Source: an uncultured Nitrososphaerota archaeon
Lineage (GTDB): Archaea; Thermoproteota; Nitrososphaeria; Nitrososphaerales; Nitrosopumilaceae
Length of the DNA stretch: 64,000 nt
Direction of reading: 5' to 3'
Assembly (NCBI GenBank): GCA_963701075.1
Contig: OY969559.1
Coordinates: forward strand, 1,851,939-1,915,938
Shown: piece after piece, positions 1 to 9,844 of the stretch
Position numbering within the stretch: the stretch's first letter is position 1
How the letters are laid out: the number at the start of each line of letters is the position of its first letter
Notes under the pieces: model-generated
The model's database searches: none
Seen by the model: only the letters and a program-made list of their open reading frames with translations
What the model was told of the DNA's origin: nothing
Position numbers and translations under genes: made by a program

Positions 1-91
1 TAGTGCAGTTTCTTGCCATAGTAAACCCACCAAAATTTAGCAATTTATTTCTTTAAGAAGAGATATTAGGGAAAATCTACTATAATATGAC

Positions 92-298
92 ATGAAGGTC
101 AAGTGCCCCAAATGTGACGACATTGCTGAATTAGGGGATGACTTTTCCTATGTAAAATGTTCAAAATGTTCCTTGGACATGACGTATGGAGAATATGTCA
201 AATTCATAGCATACAAGGATGCCATATATTCTGACATATTGGGAGATTACGCCAAAGACACAAACGGTTCGGCAGCAGGAACTCTTGATGAGTGGTAG
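92..298 (+). CDS. small Zn-ribbon protein
   Basis: CPKC...CSKC motif; TATA-like sequence upstream. Confidence 0.75.
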   Translation: MKVKCPKCDDIAELGDDFSYVKCSKCSLDMTYGEYVKFIAYKDAIYSDILGDYAKDTNGSAAGTLDEW

Positions 299-357
299 AA
301 AAAAAGCTACTACAAGGCTTTAATTAATTTCGAAATGCTAGTGCGCTTAGTTGGCAT

Positions 358-990
358 TTGTATTTGAGACAGACTCTTAACTTGCTGGGGTTTGTTGTCG
401 GTCTTGCATTAGGAATTTTTTCTTACATTGGATTCAAGAATACTGGAAGCCCGACATTATTCAGGCTAAACATTGCCTTTTTTTCAATCGGCATAGGTTT
501 TGGAGTGGTCGGATTTGGGTACATGATAGAGTCGTTCATACTAAACTATGCACAGACTGACAGTTGGATTCAGACACTTGGAATAGGAATTCAGACCATA
601 GGATACTTTTTCATTGCGTTTTCACATGGTATCAAATCATTTTTCCCAAAATCTCGGTACTTCAAATCCATCATATTCCCACTTTTCATCATACCCGGAA
701 ATTCAATTGAGCACATTATAAGGTCAATTTCTTTTATCCTATTGGTATATGGGACGATTGAGACCATTATGTCGTATATGGAAAATAGGAAACGAAGCAC
801 TATCTTTGTTGCTGCCGGACTTGGATTGCTTGCTTTGGGTGAATTCCTAGGTTGGTATTCAATAATATTTCCAAAATCGATACTCTACTTTGTCTCGCTT
901 TCTACAAAGATAATAGGTCTTGGCGCTCTGTTCATCCCAATCTCTCAAGTTCCTTTAAGAGGAGGTCTAAAGCTTGGCGGCAATATATAG
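358..990 (+). CDS. multi-pass membrane protein (possible sensor)
   Basis: 6-7 hydrophobic segments; overlaps the downstream wHTH gene. Confidence 0.7.
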   Translation: MYLRQTLNLLGFVVGLALGIFSYIGFKNTGSPTLFRLNIAFFSIGIGFGVVGFGYMIESFILNYAQTDSWIQTLGIGIQTIGYFFIAFSHGIKSFFPKSRYFKSIIFPLFIIPGNSIEHIIRSISFILLVYGTIETIMSYMENRKRSTIFVAAGLGLLALGEFLGWYSIIFPKSILYFVSLSTKIIGLGALFIPISQVPLRGGLKLGGNI

Positions 991-1264
991 AACTCACATG
1001 AGCATCATAGGAGACATTCTTTCTACTACCAGAGATGAGGCTCCAGATGAATCTGGTGCAAGCGTAACCTACCTAATAAGAAAAGCCAATGTCTCATACG
1101 GAAGACTGGCAAAAATCTTGGAGACTCTGGTTCAGCAAGGCCTTCTTGAACAGACCACATCAGACAGAGCTTGCAAATACAGAATTAGCTCAAGGGGTAG
1201 AGAGTTCCTACAAGCATATCGTGGTTTTAGAGAATTTGCCGATTCCTTTGGGTTAAGAATTTAA
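974..1264 (+). CDS. winged helix-turn-helix transcriptional regulator
   Basis: YR..IIGDIL...LIRKANVSYGRL...L...GLL...YRISSRGREFL pattern of archaeal wHTH regulators. Confidence 0.85.
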   Translation: MAAIYRTHMSIIGDILSTTRDEAPDESGASVTYLIRKANVSYGRLAKILETLVQQGLLEQTTSDRACKYRISSRGREFLQAYRGFREFADSFGLRI

Positions 1265-1350
1265 TCAGATTCATTTTCAACGTCTTCATATTCATCTTCT
1301 ATATCGTCATCGAATTCATCTTCAAATTCATTCTCGAACTCGTCAGACAT
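1261..1350 (-). CDS. 29-aa hyper-acidic micro-protein (MSDEFENEFEDEFDDDIEDEYEDVENESD)
   Basis: clean ATG..TAA ORF; TTTTATAG box about 25 nt upstream; below the ORF-track cut-off. Confidence 0.55.
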   Translation of the reverse strand: MSDEFENEFEDEFDDDIEDEYEDVENESD

Positions 1351-1419
1351 CAAGGATTAGAGAAAATATTTTACTATAAAAGACTTACACAGATGCGTCT
1401 GCGTTATTTGCAAATGTTA

Positions 1420-1533
1420 TCACACGATAGGTTCTACCCAACCACCGCATGAGACACAGATATTCATGCCGTCGTCATTTACGTATGTTTCTCCGCCGGG
1501 TGGGCAATGACATTGCGATACTTCTTCATCCAT
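1420..1533 (-). CDS. 37-aa Zn-finger micro-protein
   Basis: MDEEVSQCHCPPGG...ICVSCGGW; CxC/CxxCG motif. Confidence 0.55.
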   Translation of the reverse strand: MDEEVSQCHCPPGGETYVNDDGMNICVSCGGWVEPIV

Positions 1534-1607
1534 GTAAGATATATGCGATGCAACCTTATATCGTTTTTAGAACAAGAGATAATTTACTACTATTTATCAG
1601 ATAAGTT

Positions 1608-2207
1608 ATGATCGTACCATGTGACCATAATGGAATCATCATGGCGTCGGATATAGTTAGGAAAGGAGGTACCGTGGTATTTCCAACAGATACCGTATAC
1701 GGAATAGGATGCGATCCATTCAACAGCAAGGCAGTTAGGACAATTTACAGAATAAAGGGACGCGAAGAATCAAAACAGTTACCTGTTCTTGGCTTCTCCA
1801 TTTCTGAAATATCAAAGATTGCCATTTTTGATGAATTGTCAAAGAGATTTGCTGCCAAGTTCTGGCCAGGGCCATTAACACTAATTCTTGGCATAAAAGA
1901 AGAAAAGATTGCAAAATCTCTTGGTCTTGATGAAAAGATAGCTGTACGTGTACCAAGTCATCCATGTGCGCTAAAACTTCTCAAAGAATGCAAGCTGCTT
2001 GTGGGAACAAGTGCAAATATAACTGGCCAGCCATCCTCTGCAGACTCGCATGAGATAATAAAAGAATTAGAAGGATACGACATATTGCTAGACGGCGGAA
2101 AAATACTAAATTCTGTCGAGTCAACCATCATAGAAGTTGTTGGAAGCAAATTTCGCATGATACGTGAAGGGAAAGTTAGTGAAAAGGAGTTGCTTGCGCT
2201 AGTTTGA
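1608..2207 (+). CDS. sua5: L-threonylcarbamoyladenylate synthase (Sua5/TsaC)
   Basis: VFPTDTVYGIG, KGR, FWPGPLT, TSAN motifs. Confidence 0.95.
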   Translation: MIVPCDHNGIIMASDIVRKGGTVVFPTDTVYGIGCDPFNSKAVRTIYRIKGREESKQLPVLGFSISEISKIAIFDELSKRFAAKFWPGPLTLILGIKEEKIAKSLGLDEKIAVRVPSHPCALKLLKECKLLVGTSANITGQPSSADSHEIIKELEGYDILLDGGKILNSVESTIIEVVGSKFRMIREGKVSEKELLALV

Positions 2208-2725
2208 ATCTAATTGTAACATGTAGCCGTAATTTTGAGGAAGAAGCGTCTGATGAGATTTCAAATATACTTCAGACACTAGGAGATGACAAAGCAGTGA
2301 CAAAGAACAGTGAATTTTCTGGAATAGTGGTAGTAGATACATCGCTAGACCCCTTTGAAGCTGTAGGTAAAATCAGAGCAAAAATTCTCGATGAGCCATG
2401 GAGTATCAGATATTGTCATCGATTCATACCAATTCAAGAGTCTACCAAGACTGTACTTGATGCAATAGTAAAAGCTGTACAAGAACATGTCAGTAACATA
2501 CAACCAGATGATTCTTACCGAATCACAATTGAGAAACGCGGTTCAGAGTTATCCTCTAAAGAGATAATCGATTCTGTCGCAGAAATTATTAGAAATAAAG
2601 TATCACTTGAAGAATATGATTGGAATATCATAATTGAAATTCTTGGAAATATAACTGGCGTTGCAGTGCTAAAGGACCAAGACATAGTAAGCACCCTAAA
2701 ACTAAAGCGAGATTCAATGGAGTAA
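2204..2725 (+). CDS. THUMP domain RNA-binding protein
   Basis: YRITIEKRG...VSLEEYDWNIIIEILG THUMP signature. Confidence 0.85.
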   Translation: MNLIVTCSRNFEEEASDEISNILQTLGDDKAVTKNSEFSGIVVVDTSLDPFEAVGKIRAKILDEPWSIRYCHRFIPIQESTKTVLDAIVKAVQEHVSNIQPDDSYRITIEKRGSELSSKEIIDSVAEIIRNKVSLEEYDWNIIIEILGNITGVAVLKDQDIVSTLKLKRDSME

Positions 2726-3493
2726 AACTGCAGATCTCTCAACTATGAGATCCTCAAGCGGTGTATTTGACATTACACAGTCAAGTCCTTTCTTTGTTAT
2801 GTTAAATTCCTTTTTTATAAAATTAGTATTGTCTGGAAATGGCAAAATTGATTCTGTCATGGGACTAATTTCAGCAAGAAGTTTTTTTATCAGAGATTTT
2901 TTGCCAATCATGATCAGAATAGAACCATTATTCTCCCGTAATCCTATTTTATTGATTGCCTCGCCAATCTGCCTTGTACATGCAAATCTCATAAGTATGT
3001 CAGTTTCAATTTTGTTAGAAAGCAGTGTGTTTGACTTGCTTGCTGCTAACGAGATTTCAATGACTCTCTTTGCATGACTTGTATTTAGTACATATTGTAG
3101 CCTAATACCTTGAATGATTACACCGGGAAACCTGATTCGTAGATTTTCAAGGAGTTTTATAGGATCAGTACTAGTTTTCTTCAACCTAGCTAATTCCACA
3201 TTATAATTTGAAATGCTAAAGTTGACGCTTATTTTACCACCACCATGCACCACAGGAATTATGCTAACAATATCCCCATCCTTAAGAGACGTTTCTGCGC
3301 CCTGCAAAGCGGAGGAATCTACTCCATTTATAGCGACAAGAACATTTTTGTCATCAAACGCAGGCATGTTTTTTGAAACCAAATCCTGAAGAAAAACAAG
3401 TAGATCAGATACAGTCATGGAATTTTTTTCAATCGATATCTTATCAGAAGAAAAAGAACGCTTTGCGCCACCAAGAAGTTTGACTGTTATCAT
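2714..3493 (-). CDS. cgi121: MoaD/ThiS ubiquitin-like domain fused to KEOPS subunit Cgi121
   Basis: N-terminal Ubl ending IIPVVHGG; C-terminal Cgi121 motif ETDILMRFACTRQIGEAI. Confidence 0.85.
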   Translation of the reverse strand: MITVKLLGGAKRSFSSDKISIEKNSMTVSDLLVFLQDLVSKNMPAFDDKNVLVAINGVDSSALQGAETSLKDGDIVSIIPVVHGGGKISVNFSISNYNVELARLKKTSTDPIKLLENLRIRFPGVIIQGIRLQYVLNTSHAKRVIEISLAASKSNTLLSNKIETDILMRFACTRQIGEAINKIGLRENNGSILIMIGKKSLIKKLLAEISPMTESILPFPDNTNFIKKEFNITKKGLDCVMSNTPLEDLIVERSAVLLH

Positions 3494-3551
3494 GATTTAG
3501 AAAAGTAGTTGGCTCAATATGGAATTTTTGGTTATGAAATATTTGACAGGT

Positions 3552-3809
3552 TTAGCTAATCAGTTGTTCTTCCATCTCGTCTGAGTGGTGGACGGTTTCT
3601 GGCTGATCTGCTAGTGATTCTTTTTCCTTTTGCTCTTCAAGTTCCCTTTTCAAATGAGTCGTTATATAACCTGCAATCTCATTTTTTAGTCCTTTGGATC
3701 TTACTATTGCAACTTCGTTGAGTAGTATCTTATTTTTTTTAAAATCAGTGCCGAATTCTCCTTTATAAGTAGCCATTAGTTCCGTGGAAATTCGTCTGAC
3801 TCTATTCAC
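3552..3809 (-). CDS. rps17e: 30S ribosomal protein S17e
   Basis: FGTDFKKNK...SKGLKNEIAGYIT; start placed at GTG 3809. Confidence 0.9.
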   Translation of the reverse strand: MNRVRRISTELMATYKGEFGTDFKKNKILLNEVAIVRSKGLKNEIAGYITTHLKRELEEQKEKESLADQPETVHHSDEMEEQLIS

Positions 3810-3840
3810 GGTATCGATTGGCAGAAGGGGTATTTTATAC

Positions 3841-4596
3841 CTATATACCAAGATATGAGTTTGTATTTTTTTCTATGATTTCAAGCGTCTCATCGTATCT
3901 CTTACCTAGAATTTGCGATGCACAAAAAAGAACGCTGGGCATGAAAGTTATTTGTGCAGTCTTGTATCCAAAACATTTTGAGAACTTTACTGGTCCGTCT
4001 GTTTCCAGCAAGATCTTGCTAGGTTCCGTTTGAGAAAGAAGAATCTGTTTGTCTTGCGAGTATACCATTGCAGGGCCATATGAAACATCACTGCCTATAT
4101 CCATGGCTTTTTGTAGTTGCTTTTTGTTTCCTGCAAACCAATGTAACAGAACACCCTTGAGATGATACGATGGTAAAATCGAGAATATCTCCTCTAATGT
4201 TCTTCTTGAATGAATCGATATGGGCTTTTCAAGTTTTTCTGCAAGGGACAGCATCTTCTCAAAAACACTAACCTGTCGGTTAAAACCAGCGTCATCAGAG
4301 ACATATGTTTTGTCAAGACCGATCTCTCCTATGCCGGATATTTTATTTGAGTTCTCCATGATCAATCTCACTACTGATTCCAGATCACCATTGGCCTTCT
4401 CTGGATGTATGCCAAGAAAAGGCAGAACTAGAGGGCTTTGTTCGCTCAGGTTCAGCGTTGCAATTGAACTAGAGTAATCCATGGACACACAGCATGCCCT
4501 TAGTCCCATCTTATCCATGGCCGTAAGCATGAACTGCAATTCAGGTTTGAATTCGTCATCTGACAGATGGATATGAGCATCAGTCAACCAGTTCAT
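3841..4596 (-). CDS. tatD: TatD family hydrolase/nuclease
   Basis: DAHIHL, GIHP, IGEIGLD, IHSR, LLETDGP. Confidence 0.93.
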   Translation of the reverse strand: MNWLTDAHIHLSDDEFKPELQFMLTAMDKMGLRACCVSMDYSSSIATLNLSEQSPLVLPFLGIHPEKANGDLESVVRLIMENSNKISGIGEIGLDKTYVSDDAGFNRQVSVFEKMLSLAEKLEKPISIHSRRTLEEIFSILPSYHLKGVLLHWFAGNKKQLQKAMDIGSDVSYGPAMVYSQDKQILLSQTEPSKILLETDGPVKFSKCFGYKTAQITFMPSVLFCASQILGKRYDETLEIIEKNTNSYLGI

Positions 4597-4692
4597 AGTG
4601 TACTATAACCACAAAATAGTGTGTATAAATCGATTCCCAGATACTCTTTTTTCTACTCGAAGTCTTTTATCACAGGCATATGGAGTTAAAAT

Positions 4693-4914
4693 ATGACAAC
4701 ATCTGAATTTGGCCTTTCTGCGATATACAGGATCCTAAAAAAGGCAGGAGCCGACAGAGTAAGCGACGAGTCGGCAAATGAACTGAGAAGAATATTGGAA
4801 GAGGTTGGAACATCCATTGCCAAGAGTGCAGTTGAGATGTCTACACATGCAGGTAGAAAAACAATCAAGGCAGAGGATGTTAGGCTAGCTGCAAAACAGT
4901 TTTCAAAATTCTGA
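4693..4914 (+). CDS. archaeal histone
   Basis: RILKKAGADRVS...HAGRKTIKAEDV histone fold. Confidence 0.95.
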   Translation: MTTSEFGLSAIYRILKKAGADRVSDESANELRRILEEVGTSIAKSAVEMSTHAGRKTIKAEDVRLAAKQFSKF

Positions 4915-4924
4915 TCTAAAAGAT

Positions 4925-5236
4925 TTAATTGTTCATAGGAAACCTTTTTGATTGCGGTGAGGTGGCAGAGCGGCTATGCGTTCGCCTGCAAAGCGAATCT
5001 ATAGGGGTTCGAATCCCTTCCTCACCTTTTAATTTTTGATATAAAATAGCCTCAGCGTTACTGTTTTTCGTAACAACATTACGGAATTCTGTAATGCCAC
5101 TTTTCTCTATCAATGGCAGTTCAAGCATGTAAAAATCCTTTAACTTGTTCCTGATCCGGTGCTCTAGAACTCGTCTGTAGGTTTTTGATGTTTCTAGCCT
5201 ACCTGTTAGATAATCACGTTCAGTTTTACTTAGCAT
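4925..5236 (-). CDS. integrase N-terminal fragment Int(N)
   Basis: reads through att; shares peptide KGEEGIRTPIDSLC in frame with Int(C). Confidence 0.85.
   Translation of the reverse strand: MLSKTERDYLTGRLETSKTYRRVLEHRIRNKLKDFYMLELPLIEKSGITEFRNVVTKNSNAEAILYQKLKGEEGIRTPIDSLCRRTHSRSATSPQSKRFPMNN
4956..5027 (+). tRNA. tRNA-Cys(GCA)
   Basis: acceptor GGTGAGG/CCTCACC; anticodon arm TTCGC-CTGCAAA-GCGAA; T-loop TTCGAAT. Confidence 0.95.
4986..5031 (+). repeat. att site, left copy (3' half of tRNA-Cys)
   Basis: CTGCAAAGCGAATCTATAGGGGTTCGAATCCCTTCCTCACCTTTTA, identical to 12358-12403. Confidence 0.95.
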
Positions 5237-5240
5237 GCAC

Positions 5241-5612
5241 TCACTCTAATGTCCTCACAAGATTCTCAAGGAATTTTTCAATAGTGATTTCTTTACCATT
5301 CTTTCTATGTGGATAAATATCCCAAATATCACCCTCAACTAACAGTGCCGGTTGTTCTTTACCAAAGAATATCCCACTTTGTCTATTAGTTCCAAAAGAT
5401 CTCCTTACTTCATATTTATTGAAGACGGAAGGACCGATAACTTTCCCATAGGCGTCTAAACGTTCTGAATCATTCATTTTTGAAGTATCAAGTATTTTGT
5501 AATCTAGTTTCTTTGATTTTTTTAGTTTATCTAGCAATTGTATTATTTTATTCACGTCAGAACGGACGTTTGTTTCTTTAGTGCTTATGTATAATGAAGC
5601 ATTTATTGGCAT
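5241..5612 (-). CDS. hypothetical protein (element cargo)
   Basis: 123-aa ORF ending 4 nt before Int(N). Confidence 0.7.
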   Translation of the reverse strand: MPINASLYISTKETNVRSDVNKIIQLLDKLKKSKKLDYKILDTSKMNDSERLDAYGKVIGPSVFNKYEVRRSFGTNRQSGIFFGKEQPALLVEGDIWDIYPHRKNGKEITIEKFLENLVRTLE

Positions 5613-5652
5613 TGCACTACCACACCCCTACCACACCAGCACATATAAAGAT

Positions 5653-6810
5653 TCATGCCAATAACTCCCTTATTCCTATAAATGCCTCCTTTATCTTTGA
5701 TGCAGAATTCGGTGTCATCGATTTATCCAAAATGAATTTGTTAGATAAAAACAAAATATCTCTATCAATGAATCCGTTTGCTTTATGCAAGTAAAAATGA
5801 TCTTTCTTCATTTCAAACTTTTCTTCGTCACCAGAAACATAGATTTCAGTTATCACACAAAATGCAATGTGTTGATATTTGTAAAGATATTCTTCCAATC
5901 TATTAATTGTGTTATCTATATTATCTCGTAGAAATGAAAAAGTATAATCTCTTATTATGATGATATTTAGATGATCTTTTGGTAGTTGTTTTTGTTCTGT
6001 TCCCATTTTTGTAGCCATTCTATAAATTTCATCTACCTGATATGTTGGTCCAGAAAAACCCCCTGTCATATTCCTTCTAGATGCCCAATCTATCAAGAGA
6101 TCTCTCTTAGAATCCGTTGCGATGACTAATTCTATCACATTTTCTTCTATTATTTCCTCAAAACCGGATGACTTGCATCTTTCTAATGCATTGTCTATCT
6201 TTGAGAGTATATCCTTTAGATGAGGGTTGGACAGATATTTGTGTATTCGTCCCGTAAAAAGTAACGTAGGTTTACTATTTGAAGTCGTAAGAAACAATTT
6301 TTTAGATATTACATCAAAGGTTTCAGTAACCTCTCTTGCTTGTACACTTTGTCCTAACTCAGTGATTTCTACAAAAAATTCTTCTTTGGTTTCAGGATTT
6401 AAAACTTTAAGATCTGGCACTTTTCCAGTATCAATTTTCGGATAGAATTCAACATTTAATCCGGCTTTGAGAAACCTATTTGCTATGTCTAATTCAAAAA
6501 GTATCTCAAGAAATTTTTCTCTATTTTTCAATTTATCGACTAATTTTCTTGAATTATTACAACGTGACACGTTTTCTATAGCATCATAGAATTCTACAAA
6601 CCATCGTCGTGACGACGGATTATGGAACTGGTATATGTAGTTCCAAACTATCGGATGGCCCTCTTGTGCTAGGACTGGGAGTGAAATTCCAAAGAAACGT
6701 TTGAGATGACGTAGAGATGATTTTGCTTTTTCTTTTTCTGTTTGAGTCAATCCCTCCTCTGTATCAATATGCGTTATCCAATAATCCCAATCTTGAATCT
6801 CAAATGACAT
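5653..6810 (-). CDS. putative PD-(D/E)XK-like nuclease
   Basis: E..IA..F...G..VE......KVPDLKV......FFVEITEL pattern. Confidence 0.55.
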   Translation of the reverse strand: MSFEIQDWDYWITHIDTEEGLTQTEKEKAKSSLRHLKRFFGISLPVLAQEGHPIVWNYIYQFHNPSSRRWFVEFYDAIENVSRCNNSRKLVDKLKNREKFLEILFELDIANRFLKAGLNVEFYPKIDTGKVPDLKVLNPETKEEFFVEITELGQSVQAREVTETFDVISKKLFLTTSNSKPTLLFTGRIHKYLSNPHLKDILSKIDNALERCKSSGFEEIIEENVIELVIATDSKRDLLIDWASRRNMTGGFSGPTYQVDEIYRMATKMGTEQKQLPKDHLNIIIIRDYTFSFLRDNIDNTINRLEEYLYKYQHIAFCVITEIYVSGDEEKFEMKKDHFYLHKANGFIDRDILFLSNKFILDKSMTPNSASKIKEAFIGIRELLA

Positions 6811-6828
6811 ACGATCACCTAAGCAAAC

Positions 6829-7660
6829 TCAGATTTTAGTTGCCTTTAAGAATTCAATTAACTTGTATGAAGTTTCACAGTACACACGAAATAGCATTAA
6901 ATTTGAAAACATCTCCATTCTTTCAATTTTTATGCCAGTTGGATGTCCTGTATCATTTCTCAATCTTCGTATGAGATTAAGTATTGGACTCGTTTTTGAG
7001 TCAAAATCATCTACCATATCACGTGGGAGGTTAGACTTGATTGTAATTTTGATTGTATCAGTCACTAATTGAATTCGTCTATTAATTGTCTTATCTCTAG
7101 TCTTTGCAAATTCATCTTTTATTTTTTGAGACGTAATAGAATCCATCATTGAGTCGTACAATATATCAAAGATGGCCTCAGCAGATACTCCCAACATAAC
7201 TGCTGATGCAAGAAAATTTCCTCGAAGGAATGTTTCTAAACTTTCGATAAGATAGATTTCTGCAGTTGTATCGAATTGAGGAGATTTTGACTTTATAAAT
7301 TTAATATATCCGTCAGGATCATTAGGAATTCCTTCTGTATTTGTCAATACTTTTTTCCCGTATGATGTTATTGACATAAATGGCGGATTTAGATTCAGCT
7401 CTATCCAGACCCCATCTTAGGACACCTTGTTGTAAAAGTGCATTTACCATATCTAATACATGCTCTACATTTTCTTCTGGAAGTGGTGAATGACCACCAA
7501 GATATGTTACTCCTGCGTCTTTCAGAATTCCTTTGGATAATGCAAGATTGTATACATCATGCATGAGAGAACCCATTTGTACACTTCTAGTAGAATTAAG
7601 GTAATTCGTTTTTAATACTTCAAAAAGTAGTTGTTTTGTTGTTTCAAAATCCACAATCAT
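6829..7660 (-). CDS. putative HEPN-domain protein (one apparent frameshift near 7396)
   Basis: ORFs 7322-7660 and 6829-7377 join on removing 1 nt; YLIESLETFLRGNFLASAVMLG helix plus RNDTGH (RxxxxH). Confidence 0.65.
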
Positions 7661-7681
7661 TCCTACAATTTAATGTTAATA

Positions 7682-7755
7682 AATTGCATAATACTGATAT
7701 TTCCGGCTATGAACTAGGTTAGCTAGAACTCGTTCGTGTTGCTACGTGGAGGATT
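7682..7755 (+). repeat. 74-bp imperfect direct repeat, copy 1
   Basis: aligns ungapped with 9156-9229; core TTCCGGCTATGAACTAGGTTAGCT identical. Confidence 0.9.
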
Positions 7756-7777
7756 TCCTTATAGTCATATATTTTAT

Positions 7778-9088
7778 CTAACTTAACTTACAAATCCCAT
7801 TTGCAGACAATAATGTTTTTCTAATTGTCTTAGAATCAATTTTTCCTTCTCTCATCTTAATTATTGCAGAAAACAACTCAGTAGTAGTAAGTAAACATAT
7901 TGAGAGTGGTTCTGCTGCGTTTATGGTTTTTTCTGTAAACGGTGCACCTCTTTTGCTAGGATACATATCAAAAAAATGATTAGCAACTAGTATAGCCTTT
8001 CTTTCCTTCTTATCAGTGGTTTCGTCCACCAGATAGTGTAATAATTGACGGAATTTCTGTATGTCTATACTTTCTTTTTGTCCTGTAACTTCTATAACTG
8101 CTTCTTCCTTTCCATAAATTGCAATCCAATCTTTATCTCCCTTTCTTTTCATAGTGAAACCAATTTCTTCGAATGCGGATCTTACAGATTCCTCTAGCGG
8201 AGTACCATGTTCATAAAGTAATTCTTTGATGAACGATATTTTTTCCAATTTCTCTTTTAGAATATCTTTTTCTGAAGTTAGTTTTTTTATCTTTTTTTCA
8301 TTCTCGGCAATAGAAGAACTAATCTTTGCTTCATCAGGAACAGTAAAATCTTTGATCCATTTAGGTGATGGATTTTTTTCTCCCTTTTTTAATGACCTGA
8401 TTGCATTATTTAGCAAGATCTCTGAAAATCTTTCATCATTAAGAGGAGGCAAGAATATCACAGTGCCTTTTCCTATGGATAGTTGAATTGAAATTGGTTT
8501 TTTTGCTTTGTTTACAGCCAGAATTTTGAGGTTTTCCTTCGGTATATTCTGTAGATCTTTGTACAAATCAAAATATTCTTTGTCTAATCTAATATCATCA
8601 ATTTTTTCAAAATATGCTTCCCAGTAGATTTCATTCATCTTAAGATACGGAGAAAATTCTGTTTGAGTAGTAACAATTGCTTTATTTCCACTTCCCTGTA
8701 CCAGCATATTTTTAAAACTGAAAATATTATTTTGTTTAAAAGGTAACCAATCATAATTAGACAGATAGGCAGTTGTATGTCCTTTTCTTGAATTGAAGTA
8801 GTCACAACTCATACCACAAACAGGACGAATAATACAAACTACTGTACCTCCGTTTTCTAACAAAATGGCTATCTCTCGTTTAAATCTCTCTACATCTTTT
8901 TCATAACTGAATAATTCATCCTCAGGAAATTTTTCATAATTCCAAGGCATATCACAACGAACATGCATTGTGCGATAAGTATCAACGATGACCAGATCAT
9001 AATTGAATGCAGAATTATTTGATATCCCATTTTCTACATCTACATTTTCATTTTCAGTTTCTATACCTAAGGATAGAATTTTGATCAA
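7778..9088 (-). CDS. protein with coiled coil and C-terminal Mrr-like restriction endonuclease domain
   Basis: LEESVRSAFEEIGF..KDW......VIEVTG.....KFRQL...KAILVAN. Confidence 0.6.
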   Translation of the reverse strand: MIKILSLGIETENENVDVENGISNNSAFNYDLVIVDTYRTMHVRCDMPWNYEKFPEDELFSYEKDVERFKREIAILLENGGTVVCIIRPVCGMSCDYFNSRKGHTTAYLSNYDWLPFKQNNIFSFKNMLVQGSGNKAIVTTQTEFSPYLKMNEIYWEAYFEKIDDIRLDKEYFDLYKDLQNIPKENLKILAVNKAKKPISIQLSIGKGTVIFLPPLNDERFSEILLNNAIRSLKKGEKNPSPKWIKDFTVPDEAKISSSIAENEKKIKKLTSEKDILKEKLEKISFIKELLYEHGTPLEESVRSAFEEIGFTMKRKGDKDWIAIYGKEEAVIEVTGQKESIDIQKFRQLLHYLVDETTDKKERKAILVANHFFDMYPSKRGAPFTEKTINAAEPLSICLLTTTELFSAIIKMREGKIDSKTIRKTLLSANGICKLS

Positions 9089-9155
9089 CAGATCATTTCA
9101 AAACAACTATCTAATGAGGATTCTGTAATTTGTTAAAAATTGAACGATGGATTCG

Positions 9156-9229
9156 AATTGCATAATGCCAATAATTCCGGCTATGAACTAGGTTAGCTGA
9201 AACTCGTTTCTGTTGCTATGTGGAGGATT
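9156..9229 (+). repeat. 74-bp imperfect direct repeat, copy 2
   Basis: matches 7682-7755; includes the 3' end of ORF 9188-9550. Confidence 0.9.
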
Positions 9230-9550
9230 CTCCGGAGCTTGTTTGCTAAAAAGTTCCCTTACTGCATCTGCAAACCAAACATTGTCTTTACGTGCTTTAC
9301 GTCTATCAGCCCTTTCAATGACACCTGAGTACAGTAGGATTTTGCTAGCTTCAATTCCTGCTCTAGCCCATCTGACTTTGCCATAATTATCTAATTTTTT
9401 TGAACGAATCTTTCTTTTTGATAGTCTTAGCATCTGTCTAAGGTATGAAACAGCTTCATCTTCTGGATTTGAGTAATGATCAAGCTTGAATAAGTCATCA
9501 TCTTGATGTTTTACTAAAAACTTTGAATTATCTGCTGAGTTTTCATCCAT
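9188..9550 (-). CDS. hypothetical protein (element)
   Basis: 120-aa ORF with a basic central segment. Confidence 0.65.
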   Translation of the reverse strand: MDENSADNSKFLVKHQDDDLFKLDHYSNPEDEAVSYLRQMLRLSKRKIRSKKLDNYGKVRWARAGIEASKILLYSGVIERADRRKARKDNVWFADAVRELFSKQAPENPPHSNRNEFQLT

Positions 9551-9556
9551 TTTTTA

Positions 9557-9844
9557 TCACCCACTACGGAAAATGGCTTCTTTCATTTCCTTCGTTCTTT
9601 TATTCAGTATTGCACCAAATTCAGCTAATTCATCATCAAAGTTTTTTCCTCTCATATTAACAAGATAGTTCCTAAAGTCAGTGTAGATATGACCCCATGC
9701 AAATCCTAAAGCATAGTCTCCTTCTTCCTTGATTTGTAATTCTTTTTTGATTTCTCGGATTTCTTTTATCCATGATGGAATGGACTCGACCGTACGGTCA
9801 ATGAGTTTTTCAAGAGTTCCACGTTCAACAGAGTCTAGAGCCAT
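9557..9844 (-). CDS. hypothetical helical protein (element)
   Basis: ORF-track 9557-9898; likely start MALDSVERG. Confidence 0.65.
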   Translation of the reverse strand: MALDSVERGTLEKLIDRTVESIPSWIKEIREIKKELQIKEEGDYALGFAWGHIYTDFRNYLVNMRGKNFDDELAEFGAILNKRTKEMKEAIFRSG

